Source: Candidatus Cybelea sp. (GTDB taxonomy: Bacteria > Vulcanimicrobiota > Vulcanimicrobiia > Vulcanimicrobiales > Vulcanimicrobiaceae). Taken from it: a stretch of DNA of 64,000 nt. The position numbers were made by a program, and so were the translations under genes. The notes under the pieces are model-generated. The model did not search any database. It saw only the letters and a list, made by a program, of their open reading frames with translations, and was not told the DNA's origin. Shown here in pieces: positions 44,263-54,712 of the stretch. The stretch is from assembly GCA_036732685.1 (NCBI GenBank), contig DAINBY010000014.1, positions 2,704 to 66,703 on the forward strand. Direction: 5' to 3'. Numbering within the stretch: position 1 is the stretch's first letter; every line of letters begins with the position of its first letter.

Positions 44263-45558
44263 ATGCTCGACATCGTTTTGATTCGGCGCGATCCCGACCG
44301 CGTGCGACAGGCTCTCCGTCGCCGCGGGCTCGATGACGCGCCGGTCGGCGAGGTTCTGCGCTACGACGAAGAGTACCGCTCCGCGCTGACCTCGGTCGAG
44401 CGAGCGAAAGCCGAGAAGAATAGGCTCTCGGCCGCGATCGGGGAAGCGGAGGACAAGGCGGCCGCCGCGCGCGAGCTGCGGCCGAAGATTACCGAGCTCT
44501 CGCAACGCATCGCAGACTTCGAAGAGCGGGCACGCGCGCTCTCACTCGCCGAGGAGGGCTCGCCACTGCGCAGCCTGCTCGACAATATGCCGAACCTGCT
44601 CGACGACTCCGCTCCGGACGGAACCGATGCGAACGCCAACGTCGAAATGCGCAGATGGGGCGAACCGCCGCGCTTTGACTTTGCACCGCTGCCACATTGG
44701 GAGCTCGGTGAAAAGCTCGGCGTTCTCGATTTCGCACGGGCGGTGAGGCTGTCGGGAAGCCGGTTCGCGGTGCTGAGCGGCGCCGGTGCACGGCTCTCGC
44801 GCGCGCTCGCCGGGTTCTTTCTCGATCGGGCGGCCGAACGCGGCTACGTCGAAGTCGCTCCGCCGCTGCTCGTCTCGCGCGAAACGATGTGGTCGACGGG
44901 GCAGCTCACCAAATTCTCGGATGCGATGTTTGCCGATGCCGACGGCGATCTCTTCATGATTCCGACGTCCGAGGTTCCGCTGACGGCACTCCGAGGCGGC
45001 GAGATCCTCGAGGCAGCGGAGCTTCCGCTCCAGTACGCCGCCTCAACGCCGTGTTTCCGCAAAGAGGCGGGGGCTGCCGGAAAGGATACGCGCGGATTGA
45101 TGCGCTTGCATCAGTTCGATAAGGTCGAGCTTGTGTGGCTGACCGCTCCCGAAGCTTCGTTCGACACGCTCGAAAGACTAACGCACCACGCCGAGATGCT
45201 GCTGCAAGAGCTCGAGCTTCCGCATCGCGTCGTTGCGCTTTGCGGCGGCGACACGGGCTTCAACGCCGCCAAGACCTACGATCTCGAGGTCTGGATCCCG
45301 AGCAGCGAATCGTATCGGGAAATCAGCTCGTGCTCGAACTGCACCGACTTTCAGGCGCGGCGCGCTTCGATTCGCTTCCGCCGAGATTCGAGTGCCAAAC
45401 CGGAGCTCGTGCACACGCTCAACGGCTCCGGGCTCGCGATCGGACGCACGCTCATCGCGATCATGGAGAACCATCAGCAACGCGACGGCTCGATTGCGAT
45501 TCCGCGCGCGCTTCAACCTTACACGGGTTTCGCGCGCTTAGGAAACGTCTCGAATTAG
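44263..45558 (+). CDS. serS: Seryl-tRNA synthetase
   Basis: 431 aa. MLDIVLIRRDPDRV..., a coiled-coil arm, and class II motifs (FRKEAGAAGKDTRGLMRLHQFDKVE, LNGSGLAIGRTLIAIMEN). Confidence 0.97.
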   Translation: MLDIVLIRRDPDRVRQALRRRGLDDAPVGEVLRYDEEYRSALTSVERAKAEKNRLSAAIGEAEDKAAAARELRPKITELSQRIADFEERARALSLAEEGSPLRSLLDNMPNLLDDSAPDGTDANANVEMRRWGEPPRFDFAPLPHWELGEKLGVLDFARAVRLSGSRFAVLSGAGARLSRALAGFFLDRAAERGYVEVAPPLLVSRETMWSTGQLTKFSDAMFADADGDLFMIPTSEVPLTALRGGEILEAAELPLQYAASTPCFRKEAGAAGKDTRGLMRLHQFDKVELVWLTAPEASFDTLERLTHHAEMLLQELELPHRVVALCGGDTGFNAAKTYDLEVWIPSSESYREISSCSNCTDFQARRASIRFRRDSSAKPELVHTLNGSGLAIGRTLIAIMENHQQRDGSIAIPRALQPYTGFARLGNVSN

Positions 45559-46485
45559 TTCGAGCAGTACTTCCCGGTCGAGATAGCGGATGTGTCCGTG
45601 CTCGCGGCGCAGCGCCTTGCGAGACTCGAGCTCGGCGATCGCCCGCGCGGCGACTTCCTTGACGGTGCCGCCCGCAGCGGCTATTTGCGACTGCGTGATC
45701 GTCGAGAGCGACGCGGCGGCCGGCACTAACCCGCGTTCCGGCATCGCGTATACGAGCAGCACCCGAGCGATCCGCCCGAGGATCGGCAGCGACCCTTGGA
45801 TCGCGAGCGCGTCGGCCAAGAGGCGAATGCGCTGGGCCATGACGATTCCGAGCGCGCTCGTCAGCTGCGGTTGGCGTTCGGCAATCCGCGAGACGACCTC
45901 CCACGGAATCTTGAGCACGTGCGCCGTTTTTGAGAAGACCGCGATTCGCGACATCTTGAATCCGCGATCGAAGTATTCGGCTACGCCGAAAAGCTCGTAG
46001 GGAAAGATCTCATAGAGAATCCGCTCGCGCTCGCCGCCGCCGCCGTTGGCGCGGGCGACGATCCCTTCGGTGACCATACCGATGAACGTCCAATCAACGT
46101 TCTCAGCAACGAGGGTCTGTCCGCGGCGGCCGGTCTGCCAGAGCGCCGACGCGGCCAGCTCGGCGCGCACGCCGGCATCGAGCGATGCAAAGGCCGGGCA
46201 TCGGCTCAAATGCTGCGCGGCGGAGTTGCGCTCGCTCGACTCGCCGGAGCGCTGCGTCAGCCGGAGCTGCCAGAGACGATTCGCGACGCGGCGCGTTTCG
46301 ACGACGAAACGATCCGGCCGGTCTTGCGTAATACGCGAGGAGAGCGCTCGCGGCTCGTTCTCCGTTATAAGGGTAAGCGTGGCGCCCGATGGTAGACGAT
46401 CGAGGGCCTTGCGCACGAGGTCGGTACGCTCCCACGCGGGGACGGCTCGCAGGTCGATTTCGGCTGGTTGAACCACTCTCGTCAC
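45538..46485 (-). CDS. Crp/Fnr-family transcriptional regulator with an N-terminal DUF2249-like domain
   Basis: 315 aa. N-terminal IDLRAVPAWERTDLVRKALDRLPSGATLTLITENEPRAL......RLWQLRLTQR resembles DUF2249. A cNMP-binding-like barrel follows, then a C-terminal HTH (TQSQIAAAGGTVKEVAARAIAELE). The 3' end overlaps serS by 21 nt. Confidence 0.72.
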   Translation of the reverse strand: MTRVVQPAEIDLRAVPAWERTDLVRKALDRLPSGATLTLITENEPRALSSRITQDRPDRFVVETRRVANRLWQLRLTQRSGESSERNSAAQHLSRCPAFASLDAGVRAELAASALWQTGRRGQTLVAENVDWTFIGMVTEGIVARANGGGGERERILYEIFPYELFGVAEYFDRGFKMSRIAVFSKTAHVLKIPWEVVSRIAERQPQLTSALGIVMAQRIRLLADALAIQGSLPILGRIARVLLVYAMPERGLVPAAASLSTITQSQIAAAGGTVKEVAARAIAELESRKALRREHGHIRYLDREVLLELIRDVS

Positions 46486-46539
46486 GTTCTCGCCGGGCCG
46501 AGCGCTCTACTCCCAGACAGGCACGAGAGAGGAGTTAGC

Positions 46540-47058
46540 ATGGTAGGTTCGTTGGTAAAGCGGTTGGTTAGCTGCGTCGGAATCATCTGGCTGGGAGTCG
46601 CAGCGTCGGTTAGCCCGGCGTCGGCACAGTCCACGATGTCCTATTTCAACTCGGCGATAACCCAGGTCTACGGATCGACGTATCCGATTACCGGAAAGCT
46701 CGACCTGGAGATCTTCCCCGACGGCCACCTGCGCGGTTATTATCACACGTCATATTACAAGCTCTACATCCCGGTCGCAGGCGGTCGCGACGGGAACTAT
46801 ATCTGGTTCGACATCGGACCCTCGAGCGTCGATCTCGGGCTTGGTGCAGGTCCCGAGGGAAAGCTGCACGTCGTCGCCACGATGAATAACGACGGTTCCT
46901 TCCGCGGCCAGGTCTATCCGGAGACCGCGGCGGTTCTCTCCGGGCTCTCGATGCAATACAACTTTGCAAACACCTCGCCGAGTTCGCAGAACTCGACCGA
47001 CCAGTACGTCTTCGCAGCGACGCCGACGTCGGAAGTTGAATCAACGCCGGCGCCGTAG
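46540..47058 (+). CDS. Secreted hypothetical protein
   Basis: ATG at 46540 preceded by GAGAGGAG. Signal peptide MVGSLVKRLVSCVGIIWLGVAASVSPASA. GC3-rich codons. No family recognised. Confidence 0.55.
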   Translation: MVGSLVKRLVSCVGIIWLGVAASVSPASAQSTMSYFNSAITQVYGSTYPITGKLDLEIFPDGHLRGYYHTSYYKLYIPVAGGRDGNYIWFDIGPSSVDLGLGAGPEGKLHVVATMNNDGSFRGQVYPETAAVLSGLSMQYNFANTSPSSQNSTDQYVFAATPTSEVESTPAP

Positions 47059-47073
47059 CGAACGAGTGAGCTT

Positions 47074-47754
47074 CTAGCCCCCGAGCGAGCGTTGGCCGAC
47101 GACGCGGCCGACCGCCGGAGTCGAATCGGCGCCGTTGCCCCAGATTCCGTTGAAGCTGTTGTTGTCGCCGTTGAACCAGAACGAGAACCATCCCGAACCC
47201 ATGGGGCCGGTCCACGTCGCGCGAACCTTATCCTTCGTGCGGAACTTCCCGTTGAGGGTGATCGGGCCGGTATGGCAGACGACCGTCGGTCCCGACTCCG
47301 TGCACTTCATCGCGCCGACGAAGGCGGTTGGTCCGCCGGCACCAACGACGTTCCAGGTTCCCTTCGCGGTAATCGGCGAGGGCGGCAGCACCTTATTGCC
47401 GACGAACGAGCCGTTTGCGGAGCGCCCGTTGTAGCCCCACGTTCCGTTGAAGCTGTGCCCGTTCGCGCTGACGTAGACCGTGAGCCAGCCGGCGCCGCCG
47501 GGGCCATGCCACTTTCCGTTGATCTTTCCGTCGGTGACGAAGCTCCCGGTAAAGCCGTTTCCGTTCGAGGCATTGTTCCCGACGACGCCCATACCCGACT
47601 GGGTCAGCGTGACCGTCGAAGTGGAGCTGCCGTTCAGGCCGGTCTGCTGAACGCTCCAGGTACCGGTGATGTTCGGCGGGCTGGCAAAGACCGCAACCGC
47701 CGAGGTTGCGGCGATTGCGAGACCGCAGCATAGCGCAATAACAAGACGTTTCAC
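47074..47754 (-). CDS. Secreted hypothetical protein with an internal duplication (W/G/N-rich)
   Basis: GTG at 47754. Signal peptide VKRLVIALCCGLAIAATSAVAVFA. There are two similar halves, each with GTW... then G(K/T)W.GP.G.GW...(6-7 aa)...N..SFNG.WG.NG. Confidence 0.55.
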   Translation of the reverse strand: MKRLVIALCCGLAIAATSAVAVFASPPNITGTWSVQQTGLNGSSTSTVTLTQSGMGVVGNNASNGNGFTGSFVTDGKINGKWHGPGGAGWLTVYVSANGHSFNGTWGYNGRSANGSFVGNKVLPPSPITAKGTWNVVGAGGPTAFVGAMKCTESGPTVVCHTGPITLNGKFRTKDKVRATWTGPMGSGWFSFWFNGDNNSFNGIWGNGADSTPAVGRVVGQRSLGG

Positions 47755-47874
47755 GAAGTTCCTTTCCTCTGTAACTAGGTTTGGTAGGCATGCCGATTCT
47801 ATCGAAAAAGTGCCCGCCGTGCCACCTCCCAAGGAGCAGGGACCGCGTCCCGGCCATGGTACCTGAGCTGCGAA

Positions 47875-48318
47875 ATGAAAATTTTCTTGGCAATCGCCGT
47901 GACGGTCGCGGCGCTCGCCGCGACCTCGCGAGCTGCAGGCGCCACCGGCACTGTTGTGATTGCGTACGCGGATGGATCCACGAAGCTCTATCGCGACGTC
48001 CGGATCATCATCTGGAACGAAAGCATGGCGATCACCTCGGCCGACGGGCAGGGCACGGTGGTCTTCGGTAAGGCCTCCTGCACGAAGATCGGCGAGCTCG
48101 TGCGTTGCCTCCCCTACGACGCGACGCTCTTCCAGAACGGGGGGAAGCTCCACATTGCCCTGGCGTCGGGGACGGTCTGGCTGAATCCGAGCCGGGAGTA
48201 CCAGCCGATGAGCCACTCTTCGACCGAGATCCCGCCGCGCGGCGTCCTGCTCGCCGTCCGAACCCGGCACGGCACGGACGTGACGATGACGGGCACCGTC
48301 GACGAGGTGCACCGATGA
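47875..48318 (+). CDS. Secreted hypothetical protein (147 aa)
   Basis: Signal peptide MKIFLAIAVTVAALAATSRAAGA. The stop overlaps the next gene's ATG (ATGA). No family recognised. Confidence 0.55.
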   Translation: MKIFLAIAVTVAALAATSRAAGATGTVVIAYADGSTKLYRDVRIIIWNESMAITSADGQGTVVFGKASCTKIGELVRCLPYDATLFQNGGKLHIALASGTVWLNPSREYQPMSHSSTEIPPRGVLLAVRTRHGTDVTMTGTVDEVHR

Positions 48319-49229
48319 ACGGCCCACGTGCGGCTTCGATCGCGCTCGTTTTATCGCTCCTGCCGGTCGCCGCCCTGGCCGTCCGCGGCGGCTTTGCACG
48401 TCCTTCCGGCGGATTCGATCTCCACGGAGAGCCCGGCGGATCGCATCCGCAAAGCGCTAGCCACTCGAGCACCGGACCCGCCGGCACCAGCCGCACGACG
48501 AACGTCACGAACACGGGCAACGGGTACAACCGATCGACCACGGCGACGAACGGAGGATATAGCCGCACCAGCACGGGGGGCGCCTCGAGCAACGGAAACT
48601 ACTATCACAGCAGCAACGGCTCGAGCCCGTACGGCAGCCACAGCAGCAGCACGAACGGCAACTACAATAGCGGAAACTATACGCACAATGGAAGCGGGAG
48701 CAATCCGTACGGTTCGTACAACACCTCGGGGAGCGGCAACACCCACAACCATACGTACAGCGGGTCGACGACGGCGACAAATCAGTGGGGCCAGACCTAC
48801 CACTCCAGCACCTACACGAACAACGGCTACGTCTATCACGGCGCCGTCGTCACGAATCCCGTCTACGCGCACTACCCGGTGTGGGGCTGGAACGGCGGCT
48901 ACGCCTGGTACGCCGCGCCGTACTATTGGGGCGGTGGATTCTGGGGCGCGTTCGCCATCGGTGCGGCGTCGGCGGCGGTCTACGGCTCGATCGTCGCCGC
49001 CAACAACGTCACATACACGTCCTATCAGACGCAGGCTGAGAGCCCGGGCGCAAAGCTGCTCTCGAGTTACCATCTCACGCAGACGCAGTGCGGACCTCCG
49101 AATCTCGTCGTCGTCTACGGACCCAACAACAGCGTCATCTGCGCCTATCCGAATAACCTCGTCTCGGCGGGCAACTACAGCGTCGACACCCAGACGCTGA
49201 CGATAGTATCGGAGAAGCCCGCTTCCTGA
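48315..49229 (+). CDS. Single-pass membrane protein with an N/S/G/T/Y/H-rich low-complexity ectodomain
   Basis: ATG at 48315. Signal peptide, then about 150 aa such as NGNYYHSSNGSSPYGSHSSSTNGNYNSGNYTHNGSGSNPYGSYNTSGSGNTHNHTYSG. A W/Y-rich stretch follows, then hydrophobic GGGFWGAFAIGAASAAVYGSIVAA, then an ~80-aa C-terminal domain. The codons are GC3-rich, so this is real coding. Confidence 0.55.
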   Translation: MNGPRAASIALVLSLLPVAALAVRGGFARPSGGFDLHGEPGGSHPQSASHSSTGPAGTSRTTNVTNTGNGYNRSTTATNGGYSRTSTGGASSNGNYYHSSNGSSPYGSHSSSTNGNYNSGNYTHNGSGSNPYGSYNTSGSGNTHNHTYSGSTTATNQWGQTYHSSTYTNNGYVYHGAVVTNPVYAHYPVWGWNGGYAWYAAPYYWGGGFWGAFAIGAASAAVYGSIVAANNVTYTSYQTQAESPGAKLLSSYHLTQTQCGPPNLVVVYGPNNSVICAYPNNLVSAGNYSVDTQTLTIVSEKPAS

Positions 49230-49242
49230 GCTGCGCTCCACG

Positions 49243-49998
49243 ATGAGCCCAACGATCATCGGCCTCGCGGCTTTCGCATGTCTCTTTGGCGCAGCGCTCT
49301 TCGGAATGCATCTCCGAAACGCGCTGCCGGGACATCACCTCGCTGACGACTCGCGCCATCTCCTCGAGATCGGACTCGGCATCGTCGGCACGATGGCGGG
49401 CCTGGTCTTGGGCCTGATCGTGGCCTCGGCGACCGGATCCTACAATGCTCAGCGCAGCGAGCTACTCGATGCCTCGGCGAAAGTCGTGCTGCTCGACCGC
49501 GTTCTCGCGCACTACGGAGCGGGCGCGGGAGCCGCGCGCAATGCGCTGCGCGTGGCGGTAGTGCAAACGCTCGACCACGTATGGCCGCAAGAGGGATCCG
49601 GCGCTCCGCAATTAGACCCATCGGCGATACGCGGAGAAGTCGTGCTCGACGATATCGAGGAGCTAGCGCCCGCGACGGACCGTCAGCGTCTGCTCAAGCC
49701 GGAGGCAGCAAGTCTGGCGATGAGCATCTCGCAGACGCGCTGGCTCATGTTCGAGCAGACGGGCGAGTCGATCTCGACCCCACTCTTAGTCTTGCTAGTT
49801 TTCTGGTTCACGATTACTTTCATCGGATTCGGACTCTTCTCGCCACGGAATCCGACCGTCATCGTGGCGCTCGCACTCTGCGCGCTGGCCGTATCGGGCG
49901 CGATCTTCGTCACGATCGAGATGTATACGCCGTTCCAGGGTCTAGTGCAAATCTCGAGCGCACCTCTTCGCGCGGCGCTCGCGCACGTCGGCCGCTAG
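49243..49998 (+). CDS. Membrane protein, DUF4239-like
   Basis: 251 aa. N-terminal TM helix, LLEIGLGIVGTMAGLVLGLIVASATGSY, and two C-terminal TM helices. It resembles DUF4239 (bestrophin-like) architecture from memory only. Confidence 0.5.
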   Translation: MSPTIIGLAAFACLFGAALFGMHLRNALPGHHLADDSRHLLEIGLGIVGTMAGLVLGLIVASATGSYNAQRSELLDASAKVVLLDRVLAHYGAGAGAARNALRVAVVQTLDHVWPQEGSGAPQLDPSAIRGEVVLDDIEELAPATDRQRLLKPEAASLAMSISQTRWLMFEQTGESISTPLLVLLVFWFTITFIGFGLFSPRNPTVIVALALCALAVSGAIFVTIEMYTPFQGLVQISSAPLRAALAHVGR

Positions 49999-50522
49999 AT
50001 TGCGCGTTGGGTGGGCACGGCCTCCCAAACCTTTCGCGCCGCCGGCGGCAAGGAATCCATGTGCTTCAAGAAGAGCGTTAGTTGCCAGATCTGTTCGTCG
50101 CGCAGCGATTCTCCGAACGAAGGCATCCCGGTAAATCGAATGCCGTGGGCCACCTTCCAATAGGTGATTCCCTCGGGATCGTCTTCGACGCCGTCCTTGG
50201 CCAGTTGAGGCGGCTTTTGATAGAGTCCGCGTGCGGTGTTCGACGGCTGACCGTCGGCGGCACCGTGACAGACCGTGCAGTTCGCGGCGTAAAGCTTGAT
50301 ACCCGCGACGAGATTCGCGTCGTTGAGCGCAACCGGATTGGGCCCCTTCGGCGCTTCGCGAGCGAGCGACGCGTGGAGTGAGTTCGACGCCGCCCAGCGC
50401 TCGAGTCTCGGCGGCTTGGCGTCGGCGTTCGCAGGCATGGCACCCATCTTAATTCCGAGGTAGAGGCAGAGCGCGATTGCGACGAGCGTCGCGACGATGC
50501 CGATGACGAATCCGCGTATCAT
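49995..50522 (-). CDS. Membrane-anchored mono-haem c-type cytochrome
   Basis: 175 aa. N-terminal TM helix IGIVATLVAIALCLYLGI, haem-binding CTVCHG (CxxCH), and a distal Met candidate in FTGMPSF. Confidence 0.75.
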   Translation of the reverse strand: MIRGFVIGIVATLVAIALCLYLGIKMGAMPANADAKPPRLERWAASNSLHASLAREAPKGPNPVALNDANLVAGIKLYAANCTVCHGAADGQPSNTARGLYQKPPQLAKDGVEDDPEGITYWKVAHGIRFTGMPSFGESLRDEQIWQLTLFLKHMDSLPPAARKVWEAVPTQRAI

Positions 50523-50611
50523 AGCCGTCGCTTCGACGCTAATCCGGACTTAACCGGCGGACCCTGCGCTCTCCACTGGTTGTCAGGCACTGCCGATATT
50601 GTGAGTACATC

Positions 50612-52135
50612 ATGTCAACGATCAGCATCCCCGCCTCAGGCGGCCTCGGCGCCGGCACCCGCTCGATTCTCGGCAAGCTTCCGCGTGCTCTTTGGATCGC
50701 CGCGTTGCTCCTGCTCGCGGGCGGCACGCTGCTCGTGCGCCTCGTCGCGTCTCATGCGGGCAACGCGCTGATAACGGCACCGGTAACGCAGACGGATCTC
50801 GTTGCATCGGTCACCGCATCGGGAACGGTCAATCCGCAGAATCTCATCTCGGTCGGTACGCAAGTCTCGGGCACGATCGCCTCGATCGACGTCGACTACA
50901 ACAGCAAGGTGAAGCGCGGTCAAGTCCTGGCGCGACTCGATCCGAGCACGCTTCAAGCGCAGCTCGAGCAAGCCGATGCCACGCTCGCCCAAGCCCAAGC
51001 GCAAGTCGCGCAAGCTGCCGCGAGCGCAAACGGCGCAACCTCGGGAATCGGCGCCGCAAGTGCAAATGCAGCCGCCGAGTTGGCAGCCGTTGCGGCGGCG
51101 AAAGCGAACGTGGGCAAGACGCAAGCCGCGCTGATGCTCGCGCAGAAGACCGAATCCCGCGACGCTTCGCTCCTCACGCAAGGTTATGTCGCGCAGAGCA
51201 CCGTCGATACGGACCGCGCGACCATCACGGAAGATGCCGGCGACGTGGCTTCCGCGCAAGCGGCCGTCGCCCAAGCGCAGGCGCAAGACGCCGCCGGCAA
51301 CGCGACCGTCGGCGAAAACGCGTCGACTGCCCAGAGCCAAGCCGCCGGGACGGAGGCCGCGCAAGCCAACGTGAGTGCCGCACAGGCCGTCGTTCGCCAG
51401 GACGAGCTCAATCTTTCGCACGCGATCATCACGTCACCCGTCGACGGCACCGTCGTCGCGCGCGACGTTTCGGTCGGTCAGACCGTGGCCGCGTCGCTGC
51501 AAACGCCGACGCTCTTTTCGATCGCGCAGAATCTCGGAAAGATGGAAGTCGATATCAACGTCGGCGAACCGGATATCGGTAACGTCAAGCCCACCGATGC
51601 GGTGTCGTTCTCGGTGCTCGCGTATCCGAACGAACTCTTCCACGGAACCGTCTCGCAGGTTCGCATCAATCCGCAGACGCTCAACAACGTCGTCACCTAC
51701 GATGTGGTAGTCTACGCCGCGAACACCGGTGGGAAGCTCTTACCTGGCATGACCGCGAACGCGACGATCGACGTCGCCGGCGTGAAAAACGCGCTCGTCG
51801 TTCCGCTCGCCGCTCTGCATTCAGCCGCAGCCGACGAGAGCGCGACGACGCCGTGGGGCAGCGTTAGCGGCTCTGCCGCGAGCGGCGCGATCGCCGTGGG
51901 TTCGACGGCTCGTCTCGCCGTCGAGCGCAACGGCAAGGCTCTTCCGATTGAGGTCTACGTTGCGCTAACGAACGGCACGCAGGCCGCGGTCGAGCCGCTT
52001 CACGGCGCCTCCCTTTCAGCCGGCGACCTGGTAGTCATCGGCACGAACCAAGCGCATCGCAACACCGCGAGTCAGGGCGCACGGGCGCCGATCAGCGGGG
52101 CCGCGAGCGGTGCGATGCGGGGGCTGCACTCATGA
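50612..52135 (+). CDS. Efflux periplasmic adaptor (MacA/HlyD family)
   Basis: 507 aa. TM anchor, GTVNPQNLISVGTQVSGTIASIDVDYNSKVKRGQVLARLD (lipoyl-like), a long Ala/Gln coiled-coil hairpin, SPVDGTVVARDVSVGQTV. ATGA overlap with the ABC ATPase. Confidence 0.8.
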   Translation: MSTISIPASGGLGAGTRSILGKLPRALWIAALLLLAGGTLLVRLVASHAGNALITAPVTQTDLVASVTASGTVNPQNLISVGTQVSGTIASIDVDYNSKVKRGQVLARLDPSTLQAQLEQADATLAQAQAQVAQAAASANGATSGIGAASANAAAELAAVAAAKANVGKTQAALMLAQKTESRDASLLTQGYVAQSTVDTDRATITEDAGDVASAQAAVAQAQAQDAAGNATVGENASTAQSQAAGTEAAQANVSAAQAVVRQDELNLSHAIITSPVDGTVVARDVSVGQTVAASLQTPTLFSIAQNLGKMEVDINVGEPDIGNVKPTDAVSFSVLAYPNELFHGTVSQVRINPQTLNNVVTYDVVVYAANTGGKLLPGMTANATIDVAGVKNALVVPLAALHSAAADESATTPWGSVSGSAASGAIAVGSTARLAVERNGKALPIEVYVALTNGTQAAVEPLHGASLSAGDLVVIGTNQAHRNTASQGARAPISGAASGAMRGLHS

Positions 52136-52829
52136 CGCCCGTCGTCCAGGTCGCCGATTTGCGTAAGGAGTACGCGATGGGCAGCGACCGCGTCTACGCC
52201 TTGCGCGGCGTCGAACTGACCGTCGAACCCAGCGAGTTCCTCGCCGTGATGGGCCCGTCCGGCTCGGGAAAATCGACCTTTATGCACGTGGTAGGGCTCC
52301 TCGATGCTCCAAGTGCGGGAAGCTATCGCTTCGAAGGCGGCGAGGTCTCGCATTTAAGCTCCGACGCGCGAGCCGACATCCGCGGGCGGCGCCTCGGATT
52401 CGTCTTTCAAGCGTACAACCTGCTGCCGCGAACGAGCGCACTCGAAAACGTCGAGCTCCCGATGGTCTACGCGGGCGTACCGGAAGAGGATCGCCGTCGC
52501 ATCGCGCTGGCGAAGCTCGAGATGGTCGGCGTTGCGCAGCTCGCGCAGCATCACCCCAATCAAATGTCGGGCGGCCAGCAGCAGCGGGTCGCGATCGCGC
52601 GCTCGCTGGTCAACGATCCGGGCCTCATTCTCGCCGACGAACCGACCGGCGCGCTCGACACCAAGAGCTCGCAAGAGATCATGCGGCTCTTCGCGCGTTT
52701 GAACGAGAACCAGGGTATCACGGTCATGCTCGTGACGCACGAACCCGACGTCGCCGCTTACGCACGCCGCATCGTCACGTTTCGCGACGGACGCATTACC
52801 GGCGACGCACCCAACGATCGGCAAGCCGC

Positions 52830-52833
<4 letters not shown>
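52132..52833 (+). CDS. ABC transporter ATP-binding protein (MacB/LolD type)
   Basis: 233 aa. Walker A GPSGSGKST, Q-loop, signature MSGGQQQRVAIARSL, Walker B LILADEPTGALD. Confidence 0.95.
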
Positions 52834-54043
<1,210 letters not shown>

Positions 54044-54047
<4 letters not shown>

Positions 54048-54712
54048 AGCCACGCATCGCCGTCATTGACGACGAACCGCACATTCGCGAGCTGCTCTCG
54101 CTCGCGCTCGGCCACGGCGGCTACGCGGTTCGATGCGCGGCCGACGGCGCTGCCGGACTCGCGCTCGTGCGAGAATGGTCGCCGGATCTGATCGTTCTCG
54201 ACGTAATGCTGCCGCAGATGAGCGGTATCGAGCTCTTGCCGGCGATTCGTCGCCTCACCGATGCGCCGATCGTCATGCTAAGCGCACGCGGCGAGCTCGA
54301 GAACAAGGTCGAGGGACTCGCGCACGGCGCCGACGACTATTTGAGCAAGCCCTTCGAAATCGCCGAGCTGCTCGCGCGCATCGATGCGAAACTGCGCCGC
54401 CCGCATCTGGAGACTCGCGCCACGCTGGAATATGAGGGTTTAACGGTCGATCTCGAAGAGCACGTCGTCGAACGCGACGGGCGCCGTCTCGATCTTTCGC
54501 CGCTCGAATTCGCGCTGCTCGTTACGCTCTTGCGCCGCCCCCGCCGCGTTTTCACGCGTGAAGAGCTGCTCGACGAGGTTTGGGGCGAGGCCGACGTCGG
54601 CACGGGTGCGGTCGAGCGATACATCTCGTATCTGCGCGGCAAAGTGGACGAAGGGTTCGAGCGCCCCTTGATTCAGACGATACGCGGTACCGGCTACACG
54701 CTACGTGTCTGA
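54044..54712 (+). CDS. OmpR-family response regulator
   Basis: GTG at 54044 (GTGA overlap with the permease stop). Receiver IAVIDDEP...PDLIVLDVMLP...SARG...DDYLSKPF. Winged-helix LSPLEFALLVTLL...VFTREELLDEVWG...IQTIRGTGY. Confidence 0.9.

Noticed and set aside
46486-46539. An FNR/Crp-box (TTGAT-N4-ATCAA) in the divergent region next to the DUF2249-Crp gene.
   Set aside because: The region is only 54 nt long and I see no such palindrome.
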